From a virus (lineage: Duplodnaviria; Caudoviricetes), in the IMG/VR virus record IMGVR_UViG_3300012926_000005, positions 1 to 59,548 of that record: 59,548 nucleotides of DNA; one strand, given 5' to 3'. Both the position numbers and the translations under genes were made by a program. Numbering within the stretch: position 1 is the stretch's first letter; the number at the start of each line of letters is the position of its first letter. The notes below the pieces were generated by a model. That model made no database searches. It was given only the letters and a program-made list of their open reading frames with translations, and was not told the origin of the DNA. Positions 9,265 through 18,069 of the stretch are shown here, one piece after another.

Positions 9265-12200
9265 ATGGCGGATTACTCTCGCCCAGCTTCGGCAGAACGC
9301 TTTAAGTTCGGCGGGGTAAAAACAAATTCCTCTGCCGATAGTCTTCCTCCGCACAAATATAGCTTTGCTCAAAATGTCCGTGGCTACAGTGAATCGTCTA
9401 TCCAGTCTCGTCCGCAAATCGTTCAGCAAGTAGCCGTGCCGTTCGGCGGCAGTACGTCAGTTCTTGCTTTAGAGCCGGACATAGGTATCTACAAGCAAGG
9501 GTCGGCCATTCAGCAGTTTGCTAGTGGCGTGGTAGTAGATACGGGATACTCTTCAGGCCAGGGGTGCTCAATAAGACCTTTTCGTCCCAATGCTACTCCT
9601 AACGCATGGGATTATGTTTTTGATGACGCGCAAAACAAAAAAATCTACATAAACTCTGCTGGTACGCCGACAGTCCAAAAGGTAGGGATAGCCGAGCCGC
9701 AAAACCCTCCAGATGCTTGTCCGGATCACATGAACGTAGCTGGCGTAAATGTGGCGGCGTGGACTAATTCAGGGACGATGCTAGCACCAGCGGGGTTTAA
9801 TCGGACTACAGGAACGGTGTCAGCGTTCTTTGCTGATCCTGCTTCCGTGTCTCCTAGTCTAGCGACTAGGTACAGTATCGTGGTGGATAATCAGGTCTAC
9901 GCTATCGGGATGCTGGTGTCAGTAAATCTATCGAGCGGCGGGGCACTGCAAGCTGTAGTACAAGACGTGTTTCCTGCTATCAACCCGGCAGGTACATTGA
10001 CAGTGGCGTCTATTTTTTACGATTCTGGAGTAACAGGGACTTGTGTTGTAGTACCAGCACAGATGCCTATCAGTGGGTCAATTCCGTCAGATGTTCCGAG
10101 GGCGCAGGCTGAATCGGTTTTCAATGAAGACTTCATATCTTCGCTTCGCCGGGGTAGTATTATAACCATCGGTGCCGAGCAGGTCTTTGTCAGGACTGTA
10201 ACTAAAGGGCCGCAGGGAAATATCAGCATTCAGACATCTACAACTATAAACCATGTGGCCGGAGAAGTGATTACTGGTAACTTGGCTTTAGCTGTATCGT
10301 TTACGGAAAATCCGGCGTTGATCATAGGTCAGACGATCCAGTCGGTTGATTTCGTAGCTGGTATAGGGCCAGGGATAGGGATTGCTTTCAGTGCGCTGGC
10401 AACTAATCCGTTCACGGTAGCGCCGTTCTTGTCTGATCCTACGCTTCCGACTTCGCAGCAAGACGACTATATCCACATGTCGATCTTCATAGACGACCCA
10501 GCGAAGTTTGAAGAAGTAACAATCATCTTTGACGTTAATAACGGCGTGATGTCTTTTCAGGATAATTGTTATTACCGGACAGTGAGAATCAACGACGCGC
10601 AAGCCGGATTCTCGCAGACTCTATCCCAGATCGGTGCAGCACAGTTAGCTGAACAAAGGCTACTAATTGACCAACAAGCGGCGAGTGGTGGCGCTGGGAC
10701 GGTAAGAAGTTCGATTCAGTCAGCTACCGGAGTTAGGCAGTGGTCAGAGATAAAGTTTCCTATCAGTTCGCTGAACAGGATTGGTAATGACAAGACTCGG
10801 ACTCTAGCTAATACACAAGGCGTAGAGCTTTTATTTAGGGTCAATGGCGGTACTTCAGTAGCTTGGTCTAGTCTCTGGGTAGGAAATGGTCAAGACCCGG
10901 ACGTAGGGGATACGGGCAGTCCGATATTCTATCGGGTAAGACCGAGAAGCGCAGTTACAGGCGTTAAGGGAAATCCGAGTCCGGCGACTCGATACGGTGT
11001 AAATCCAAGAAGGCAGCAAGTGATAGTGTCTCTGCCATCGGCGGCTTACGATACGCAGATTGATACTTGGGACATTGAGAGAACTGGAGCGACGCTGACT
11101 GACTGGAGATATGTAGGTTCTACGCAGACGACGAATACGACCTACACGGACAAGCTATTTGATTCAGTTATTGAAAATAATTCGACCGATCAGTTTATGA
11201 ACCTAGAGCCGTTCCCATCTATTGGCCCTCCGATTACGGCTATATCGGCAACGATCATAGGCACGGTTATGACGGCGGTGTTTCCGCTGTCAACGGCTGC
11301 ATTAGGTTTGAGTTCAGTGGGTACGCTGTCTCAGCTTGGCAATCTTCTGCCGGGAAATCTGTTCAACGTTGGACAACAGGTATTCACGCTGCGTAAGCGG
11401 CCTACTGTAGTGTCTACGACGGCAACGACGCAGACATACCTATTCACGCTTGAGGAAAACGCAGGAACGCAGACTAATCCACTGGTTTTACTACAAGAGC
11501 CTACGTTAGCCGCGCAACCAACGAACAACGTGTGGGGGCCGGATGCGTTTGGCGTGTTCTTTTCGGTGAATGCGGGAACGGTCAATAACGGCGGTTCTTT
11601 GGGATTAAGGCCAGGACTGATTCAGTGGACAAATCCGAACAATCCTGACGGGGCTAGCGATGCGAACACGAAAGATATTTGTCCGCCTACGGAGCCTCTT
11701 ATAAATGGCGAACTACTTGGGCCTACGCCGTGCGTGGCGTCCTCTAAGCGCTGGTGGAGAGGGGCTAGGAATAGTGACGGTTCGTATTCATGGGGAAATG
11801 AAATCCCTGTAGGCGCGGGACTGGCCGCAGAGTTCGGAATCTGTTCAGATGGTGAAGCTGTCTACTTCGTAGCTAAAGACGGCATCTGTAAGCATTCTGG
11901 TGGGCCTAGGCAATCCCTGACAGACGAAGATTTGTATAACTTGTTTCCGCACGAAGGCATTTTTCCGACTGACGTTACGCCGTACTCAGGTAAGACGATC
12001 TTTGCGCCGGAGTACAAGTACGCAGCTAATATGCGGCTCGGTGTCATCAATGGATTCTTGTATTACGACTATCTTGACAGTACGCAGGCGCAGAGGACTT
12101 TAGTTTGTAACCTGAAGACTGGCGCATGGGTGCCGGATGACTACTCTAATATTTCCAGAGTGTCAATTCACGTTCCTTCTGGCGCGGCAGCGTCAAACTT

Positions 12201-13284
12201 TCTAATTCCTGCATCGGCTGTGCGCAATCAGCAGCTATTCATGGGTGCGGTTAATGGAGCGATCTATATAGAGCAATCCAGTCCTGCACCGTCAAGTGGA
12301 GAAACAATTTCCTGTGCCGTGATTACGCGGGAAGAGATGTTAGGCGACATCCGCGCAAACAAGATGTTTGGTGATGCTGCACTAGATACGCTGGCAGCGG
12401 GGAGTAGTATAACCGTGACGCCTGTATTCCTAGGGGCCTTGTTTGGCACTACAACGACTATTACTGGAGGACAGAGTTCGCGGCCTACATCGCCTCCGAC
12501 CGTTAACCTTCTAGGTGAACAGCTAAAGCGTAGCATGGGTCTGTCTTTGACATGGACAGATCAAGGTACTACGACGGTTCTGTATTCGTGGCAGCCGTCC
12601 TATTTAACGCAGCCGGAAGACATTTCTAATCGGTTTACCGATTGGGACAACTGCGGAACTGAGGACAGCAAATTCATTCAGGGATTTGAGATTGAGGCCG
12701 ACACGTTGAATGTGGCTAAGGGTTTAGTAGTAAGAAGCGCTGATAGTCTTTTGACTACGGCGTTCACTTCGCCAACGGGTACGAACACTATCACGGCCAA
12801 CGGCCAGCAAGTCATCGACTGTTCATTTAATAGTCCGTTCTCTTCGCATCTGGTTAGGATAGAGCCGCAAGACTCCAACGTTTGGAGGCTTTTCCGCGTA
12901 AAGTGGATTTACCAGCCGACTCCGGAATCCGCGTTAACGTGGGCTACGCAAGCTACGGCGTTTGGATTTGATGGCTACCTGCACATGAAAGAGATTCTTG
13001 CGGCATTTGCTTCCAACGCTGCGGTGACGTTGACGATTACCGCTTACGACGGTCTATCTCCAGCGGCGATTACTCTACCAAACTCAGGCGGGGCATATCA
13101 AAAAATACTTTTTCCGTGTACCCCTAACAAAGGCTTGTTGTATGGCTTTTCAGCTGTATCTAGTGCTCCCTTTCAGCTGTACCAAGCTGACTGCGAGCTT
13201 TTAGTTAAACAGTGGGGCAGCGACGGACAATACGTTAGATACCGTGGATTCGGCGGGCCGCACGGCCCTGGAGCGGTTATCTAG
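9265..13284 (+). CDS. Large tail nozzle / DNA-stabilisation-like structural protein
   Basis: 1339 aa, beta-rich; N-terminal 'FKFGGV...AQNVR' and propeller-like 'VYFVAKDGI' segments; lies before the ejection-like genes. Confidence 0.6.
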   Translation: MADYSRPASAERFKFGGVKTNSSADSLPPHKYSFAQNVRGYSESSIQSRPQIVQQVAVPFGGSTSVLALEPDIGIYKQGSAIQQFASGVVVDTGYSSGQGCSIRPFRPNATPNAWDYVFDDAQNKKIYINSAGTPTVQKVGIAEPQNPPDACPDHMNVAGVNVAAWTNSGTMLAPAGFNRTTGTVSAFFADPASVSPSLATRYSIVVDNQVYAIGMLVSVNLSSGGALQAVVQDVFPAINPAGTLTVASIFYDSGVTGTCVVVPAQMPISGSIPSDVPRAQAESVFNEDFISSLRRGSIITIGAEQVFVRTVTKGPQGNISIQTSTTINHVAGEVITGNLALAVSFTENPALIIGQTIQSVDFVAGIGPGIGIAFSALATNPFTVAPFLSDPTLPTSQQDDYIHMSIFIDDPAKFEEVTIIFDVNNGVMSFQDNCYYRTVRINDAQAGFSQTLSQIGAAQLAEQRLLIDQQAASGGAGTVRSSIQSATGVRQWSEIKFPISSLNRIGNDKTRTLANTQGVELLFRVNGGTSVAWSSLWVGNGQDPDVGDTGSPIFYRVRPRSAVTGVKGNPSPATRYGVNPRRQQVIVSLPSAAYDTQIDTWDIERTGATLTDWRYVGSTQTTNTTYTDKLFDSVIENNSTDQFMNLEPFPSIGPPITAISATIIGTVMTAVFPLSTAALGLSSVGTLSQLGNLLPGNLFNVGQQVFTLRKRPTVVSTTATTQTYLFTLEENAGTQTNPLVLLQEPTLAAQPTNNVWGPDAFGVFFSVNAGTVNNGGSLGLRPGLIQWTNPNNPDGASDANTKDICPPTEPLINGELLGPTPCVASSKRWWRGARNSDGSYSWGNEIPVGAGLAAEFGICSDGEAVYFVAKDGICKHSGGPRQSLTDEDLYNLFPHEGIFPTDVTPYSGKTIFAPEYKYAANMRLGVINGFLYYDYLDSTQAQRTLVCNLKTGAWVPDDYSNISRVSIHVPSGAAASNFLIPASAVRNQQLFMGAVNGAIYIEQSSPAPSSGETISCAVITREEMLGDIRANKMFGDAALDTLAAGSSITVTPVFLGALFGTTTTITGGQSSRPTSPPTVNLLGEQLKRSMGLSLTWTDQGTTTVLYSWQPSYLTQPEDISNRFTDWDNCGTEDSKFIQGFEIEADTLNVAKGLVVRSADSLLTTAFTSPTGTNTITANGQQVIDCSFNSPFSSHLVRIEPQDSNVWRLFRVKWIYQPTPESALTWATQATAFGFDGYLHMKEILAAFASNAAVTLTITAYDGLSPAAITLPNSGGAYQKILFPCTPNKGLLYGFSAVSSAPFQLYQADCELLVKQWGSDGQYVRYRGFGGPHGPGAVI

Positions 13285-13300
13285 TGGCGCATCTTGACGC

Positions 13301-13329
13301 TTGCCTATTAATAAGTATCCTCTTATAAT
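13301..13329 (+). promoter_or_regulatory. Sigma70-like promoter
   Basis: TTGCCT-N17-TATAAT in an AT-rich intergenic gap. Confidence 0.6.
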
Positions 13330-13364
13330 TCGCTTACCAAATAAAAATATAAAGAGGCAAGACC

Positions 13365-13838
13365 TTGAAGACTCTGCTTTTGTTCTTAGCTCTATCCCTG
13401 TCCGCCGTTGCACAAGAATGCTCCAGTCCGCAAACCACTAACTTCCAAGACGGAAGTGTAAGCATTTCCTACACGTGCCTCATTGTGCATCCGGGGCAAA
13501 ATTCACCGTTTACAGAGAGCGACACTCTTACCGCGCAAGTCGTAGGGCCAAGAGTATTTTCTTCAGTGGCCGTGTCGTATCAGTCAGGATACTTCATGTA
13601 CGGGCCGTCGAATGCTATGAGCCTGAATGTGACGTTGCCGGATATTACCAGACCCGGTGCAGCGCCGCAATTTAATATCACAGGATCAGGCCAGTACTCC
13701 CAGACGGCATCAGGGCCGTTTTCCTATCCGGCGCAGGATGTTTTCCGTATCAACCAAGTCATAGCGCTAACCGGATACATCGTCGCTGTGTGTTCGGCCT
13801 ATTGCGGATATTCGATTGTAATTACGCTAAATCCGTGA
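13365..13838 (+). CDS. Moron-like secreted protein
   Basis: Own promoter; GAGG RBS; signal peptide MKTLLLFLALSLSAVA-Q; downstream hairpin. Confidence 0.65.
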   Translation: MKTLLLFLALSLSAVAQECSSPQTTNFQDGSVSISYTCLIVHPGQNSPFTESDTLTAQVVGPRVFSSVAVSYQSGYFMYGPSNAMSLNVTLPDITRPGAAPQFNITGSGQYSQTASGPFSYPAQDVFRINQVIALTGYIVAVCSAYCGYSIVITLNP

Positions 13839-13866
13839 TAGGATGTGTTCATCGGCTTGCTTAAAG

Positions 13867-13900
13867 GGCGGCAGGGTAGCGCATGATCCTCTGCCGCTTT
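13867..13900 (+). terminator. Hairpin, possible terminator
   Basis: GCGGCAG...CTGCCGC followed by TTT. Confidence 0.4.
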
Positions 13901-13907
13901 GAAAAAC

Positions 13908-14207
13908 ATGGAAAAGCCTAAACCAGTCGAAAGAATCTACCCAGAGCAGCGCGGCCCTCTAGCCGACTTCCACGCCTGGGATGCTCACAAGAGAGCCTAC
14001 GATTTGATCTACGACCTTCACGACAAAGTAAACGCCATGAACCATGAAACCGCTACAAAAAAGTCTAACGTTGGACAGAAGGACATGCCAGCGGGCGGGC
14101 CGTCAAACACGAAGATTACAGGAATCCCTGTCGTTGGCACTCCTCCGGCCAACGGTCATACTATCCGATATAACTCTTCTACTGGAAAATTCGAGTTTGG
14201 GGTATAA
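13908..14207 (+). CDS. Hypothetical virion protein
   Basis: ORF; C-terminal 'GHTIRYNSSTGKFE' resembles a fibre-type repeat. Confidence 0.55.
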   Translation: MEKPKPVERIYPEQRGPLADFHAWDAHKRAYDLIYDLHDKVNAMNHETATKKSNVGQKDMPAGGPSNTKITGIPVVGTPPANGHTIRYNSSTGKFEFGV

Positions 14208-14265
14208 AATAGTTCTTTCCTTCCTGCAAAACCAGTGCTATCATAGCCAACGGAGATAAAATCTG

Positions 14266-14628
14266 ATGGCCTTTGGAAATATTTTCGGTAGCCTATATTT
14301 ACACGGCCTACTCGTCGTCGCTACCCCCGGCACTCCTGTATCTTTTTCACAAAACTTTCCGACTAACATCACTGGCATTGGTACGGTGCAGATGAATGCA
14401 AACCAGATCATTTTAAAGGCACCTTCCACTAATCAGGGTACGGTCTATCTTGTCTTCCGTGGCGGCAATAAAAATTTGCCTAACAGCGTCATTGTCGATC
14501 TAGTGCCGGGGCAAGCAATTACGCTAGGCACTTCTGCGGGCAATAGTCCTTACAGGCCGTTCGATTTGATGATTGACGCGGATGTGCCAAATGATGCTTG
14601 TCGTGCTACATCGGTGATAGCGGCTTGA
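14266..14628 (+). CDS. Small jelly-roll-like structural protein
   Basis: GGAG RBS; 'IILKAPSTNQGTVYL...LVPGQAIT' pattern. Confidence 0.55.
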   Translation: MAFGNIFGSLYLHGLLVVATPGTPVSFSQNFPTNITGIGTVQMNANQIILKAPSTNQGTVYLVFRGGNKNLPNSVIVDLVPGQAITLGTSAGNSPYRPFDLMIDADVPNDACRATSVIAA

Positions 14629-14984
14629 AGTACCTGAAGCTAGCTGGCCCTGCTTTGTATCCAGTACTGGACAAGATCGAAGAGGCAGGAGAGCCAAAGC
14701 CAAACCCACTGTTGTCAGTGGGTTTTGTGGCAGTAGACGACGACGGCAATGTAAAGGCACAGATTTTAGTGCATTCGGTTTGCATGGCGGAATATACGTT
14801 AGCCGAACCTGGATTTGGGCATTGCCTAGGGCCGCTGTTTCAGATGGCACATGAATTTGTTCAGAAAAGCGGAGTACCGCGAGTGCTAATGCACACGGAT
14901 TCAAAAGCGATGGAACGGATGCTTAAGCGGGTAAAGGCTAGGCCGTGGCCTGTTAAGATGTGGCAGCTATTGAGAGGGAAGTAA
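14625..14984 (+). CDS. Putative GNAT-fold protein
   Basis: About 120 aa; 'LFQMAHEFVQKSGVPRVLMHT..AMERMLKRV'; podoviral position between tail and ejection genes. Confidence 0.4.
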   Translation: MKYLKLAGPALYPVLDKIEEAGEPKPNPLLSVGFVAVDDDGNVKAQILVHSVCMAEYTLAEPGFGHCLGPLFQMAHEFVQKSGVPRVLMHTDSKAMERMLKRVKARPWPVKMWQLLRGK

Positions 14985-15703
14985 TGGCAACAATAGGTGG
15001 CAGACCGGAGCAGGCTATGTTGAGAGGTATTATCTCAACGATGGGTAAACGTTCCGGCAGGCTTGTTGCTTTATCTCCAGCGGGCAAGCAGGCCAGAGCG
15101 ATTATGTGGGTATGCCGTTGTGATTGCGGCCAGACAGTAATCGTTAAAAGCTCGTCAATCAACAGTGGGAGCACTTTGAGTTGCGGGTGTTTGCGTCGAG
15201 AGGCTACAAGGGCTGCAATTGTAACTCACGGCATGTACCGTAGTCGAGAATACCGTACATGGAAGCACATGATTCAGAGATGCACTAATCCAAATAAACC
15301 AGAATGGCCAAAGTACGGCGGTCGTGGTATCGCAGTTTGTGAACGTTGGTTAACTTCATTCGAGAACTTTTATGCAGACATGGGGCCACGTCCACATGAA
15401 TTCTCGTTAGACAGAGAGAACAACAACGGCAACTACGAGCCGCCCAACTGTCGCTGGGCAGATTTGTCAACGCAAGCGCGTAATTCAAGAAAGGTTCCGT
15501 CAGTTAACAGGTCTAGATTCAAGGGCGTGTATTTTTGCAACGGTGCATGGCAAGCGCAGATAAGACACCTTAGTCGCGGAATATATATCGGCTCTTTCCC
15601 CTCAGAGGAATTAGCTGCAAAAGCATACGACCAAAAGGCGGTTGAGTTACGCGGTAGCAGTGCCGTAACAAATCAGTCAATGGGGTTATTGTCATGTGTA
15701 TAG
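14984..15703 (+). CDS. HNH homing endonuclease with C-terminal AP2 domain
   Basis: W.C.CDCG, SCGC, YGGRGI.VCERW, SLDR.NNNGNYEP.NCRWA; AP2-like 'SRFKGV..WQAQI..YIGSF.SEE.AA.AYD'. Confidence 0.92.
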   Translation: MATIGGRPEQAMLRGIISTMGKRSGRLVALSPAGKQARAIMWVCRCDCGQTVIVKSSSINSGSTLSCGCLRREATRAAIVTHGMYRSREYRTWKHMIQRCTNPNKPEWPKYGGRGIAVCERWLTSFENFYADMGPRPHEFSLDRENNNGNYEPPNCRWADLSTQARNSRKVPSVNRSRFKGVYFCNGAWQAQIRHLSRGIYIGSFPSEELAAKAYDQKAVELRGSSAVTNQSMGLLSCV

Positions 15704-16293
15704 GCGGGAATTCGGCAAATACAGACCGCAAGGCGGAATTATCTAGCAGAGGCAAGCTACAAGACACTGCCGGGTTTCTGTCTAATCTTGGTTCTGAGCT
15801 ATCAGGCAAAGGCAAGAAAGATACTGAAGCAGGACTTGAGGACACAGGCAAAGCCAGTAAGTACTACTCTGACATTCTCTCCGGCGATCCGACAAAAGTT
15901 ATGGCCGCAGCCGCGCCGGAAATCAAGTCTATTACCGGACAGGCCGACCAGCAAAAGCAAGAAATAGCCAGAACGGGCGACAGGTCAGGCGGAACCAACG
16001 CAGCTACGCAGGACATAGGTACAAAAGTCAGGCAGCAAATATCTGACTTAATCGCCAAACAAAAGAGCGGAGCGGCGTCAGGACTTGAAAGAACAGGCGC
16101 ACAAGTGTCTAACGTTGGACAGTCGGAAACCGGGCAAGGCATAGGCGCTACGTCTTCGGCGGGTAGTGAGTATGAGGCTTTAATCTCGAATGCAATCAAG
16201 AGTCGGGAACTTTCGGCAAAGCTTCATCAGCAGGCAGTAGATGATTGGTCAAAGGCGATTGGCGATGTAATCAGTGCTGGCACGGGAGCGTAA
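15694..16293 (+). CDS. Putative ejection (DNA transfer/pilot) protein
   Basis: MCIGG start; G/A/S/Q-rich helical sequence; position. Confidence 0.6.
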   Translation: MCIGGNSANTDRKAELSSRGKLQDTAGFLSNLGSELSGKGKKDTEAGLEDTGKASKYYSDILSGDPTKVMAAAAPEIKSITGQADQQKQEIARTGDRSGGTNAATQDIGTKVRQQISDLIAKQKSGAASGLERTGAQVSNVGQSETGQGIGATSSAGSEYEALISNAIKSRELSAKLHQQAVDDWSKAIGDVISAGTGA

Positions 16294-18069
16294 ATGTCAG
16301 TAGGCAGATTTCTTTCCGGACTGTTCGATGAAACCAAAAAGAACGCGGAATCATCGCGCAAGAAAATGGATGAACAGCGCGAAGGCAAAAAGCGCATGTA
16401 CCAAGCTGTGCTCATGGATCACCGTTCCCCGGATGAAGGTGGGCCAACAAATGAGCAGAGAGACGAAGCGGCGAAAGAGATTGACAAGCTGGACGGAGCC
16501 AAAGGAAAAGACGGGCCGCATTCTCAGCTATCGGGAATTCTCAATATTGTTGGTAAGCTGAGAGGGAAAAAGCCAGAGCAAGCGGAAGCGAAGCCGCAAG
16601 GCAGTTTGCCGGATCAGGGATCGAGCGGTGGGCCGTTAACGGCGGGCGGTGCAAAAGATCAGCCTAAGCCGGGGCTTACGCCGCTGCAAGGTGGAGCCAA
16701 GCCGCAAGCCGACAAACAGGCACAGGGCGACCCTAACGTTTCTCCGACTAAAAAGAACATCGTCCAAAGAGGGCTGACGAAGCTGACTCAGGGTTTAGGG
16801 TTAGCTCCGGTGCCGAATACTATGACGCCGCTGAATGCTGGCGTATTTCATCCGCCGTCCGCAGAGGAAAGAGCAAAAGCCGGATTCCATACGAACGATA
16901 TGACGCAATACCGGAAAGACTTAAAAGAAGCTGTGCCAAGTATTTCCGATGAGCAGCTAGACAAGGCGGTAGAAACAAAGTTTGGTGCTATACCGAAGGC
17001 GACTAGCACAGGGCATACTTTCACCAAGAAAGGCTCTGTCACGGGCGATCAGGTTCCAGCAGAAGAAAAAGACATGCTAGGTAATCCGATTGACAAGGGT
17101 AAGAGCTACGATGTCCTAGAGAACGCGCAAGGTGAAAAGCAATACATTCCGTCTACGCCTAAGCCGGATACAGACATTACAAGAGAAGCAGAGCAGCCTG
17201 TATATAATCCAAAATCAGGTAAATTTGACCTATTTAAAGTCCGGTCGCATAGCCACAGTCATAAATCGGCTCCAGGTGAGTCCAAGGCAAAAAATGGAGG
17301 CAAGCCCCCGACCGACACGACGGGCAAGCCTGTAGGCCAGCCAGGAGCCGGGAAAGGGCCTTCTGGAGCCAGTTCTGGCAATCGGTCAATGGGCGACAAC
17401 ATCCCCATCAGGGCTTTTGGGCCACTGCAAAAGCAGTCCAACGCAATCAGTGAAGCACGTAACTCGTTAGTGGGTGATACGCCAGACAAAGTAGGCGGAC
17501 TTGCTGGAGACTTGCAGATTTTTCGGAATCCGGAATCTGTTAAAAGGGTCAGCGAGTACATCAAGTACGTGAATGCTCAGATGGAGCAAGAGTCCAAGGC
17601 GGTATCAGGTGGCGGGCCTGTAGCGGCGATAGAGTGGTATGCGGGACTTCCGGCGACAGTCAGCAATCTACAGGCAGAGCAGTTGCGTGATTATTCTAAG
17701 TCTCTGGACGGCGGGAAGGAAGACGGGCCGGAGCATAATTTCATTGCCAATTATTACCGACTACTAGGAACATGGGGCGGCATGAGGGCGGCAACGGGAG
17801 CTAGTTCAGCTAAGTGGGGATTCAAGAATCTGACTTCTGAAATGCCTACGCCTGGGCCTACTACTTCTTACTTAGAAGCTGTTACCCGCGTCAAGAACAT
17901 GGCGAATGAGTCGAACGTAGTGGCCAAGAATAACCCGATGGTACAGCCGATTGACGTAGACAAGTTAATGAAGTCCGTGCGTAGTAACGGTGCTGCTGGT
18001 GGATCGGCAATCGACAAAGAAGTAGAAGAGTTCTACAAGAAAAATCCCACACTCAAGCCGAAACAGTAA
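16294..18069 (+). CDS. Putative internal virion/ejection protein
   Basis: Low-complexity K/G/P-rich; follows the pilot-like gene. Confidence 0.55.
   Translation: MSVGRFLSGLFDETKKNAESSRKKMDEQREGKKRMYQAVLMDHRSPDEGGPTNEQRDEAAKEIDKLDGAKGKDGPHSQLSGILNIVGKLRGKKPEQAEAKPQGSLPDQGSSGGPLTAGGAKDQPKPGLTPLQGGAKPQADKQAQGDPNVSPTKKNIVQRGLTKLTQGLGLAPVPNTMTPLNAGVFHPPSAEERAKAGFHTNDMTQYRKDLKEAVPSISDEQLDKAVETKFGAIPKATSTGHTFTKKGSVTGDQVPAEEKDMLGNPIDKGKSYDVLENAQGEKQYIPSTPKPDTDITREAEQPVYNPKSGKFDLFKVRSHSHSHKSAPGESKAKNGGKPPTDTTGKPVGQPGAGKGPSGASSGNRSMGDNIPIRAFGPLQKQSNAISEARNSLVGDTPDKVGGLAGDLQIFRNPESVKRVSEYIKYVNAQMEQESKAVSGGGPVAAIEWYAGLPATVSNLQAEQLRDYSKSLDGGKEDGPEHNFIANYYRLLGTWGGMRAATGASSAKWGFKNLTSEMPTPGPTTSYLEAVTRVKNMANESNVVAKNNPMVQPIDVDKLMKSVRSNGAAGGSAIDKEVEEFYKKNPTLKPKQ

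Noticed and set aside
12873-12887. CTCCAACGTTTGGAG (and GTCTAACGTGGCC at 57383) as further motif copies
   Set aside because: They need an indel or several mismatches; left out of the count
1385-13284. Diversity-generating retroelement targeting fibre genes
   Set aside because: No reverse transcriptase motif and no TR/VR pair noticed
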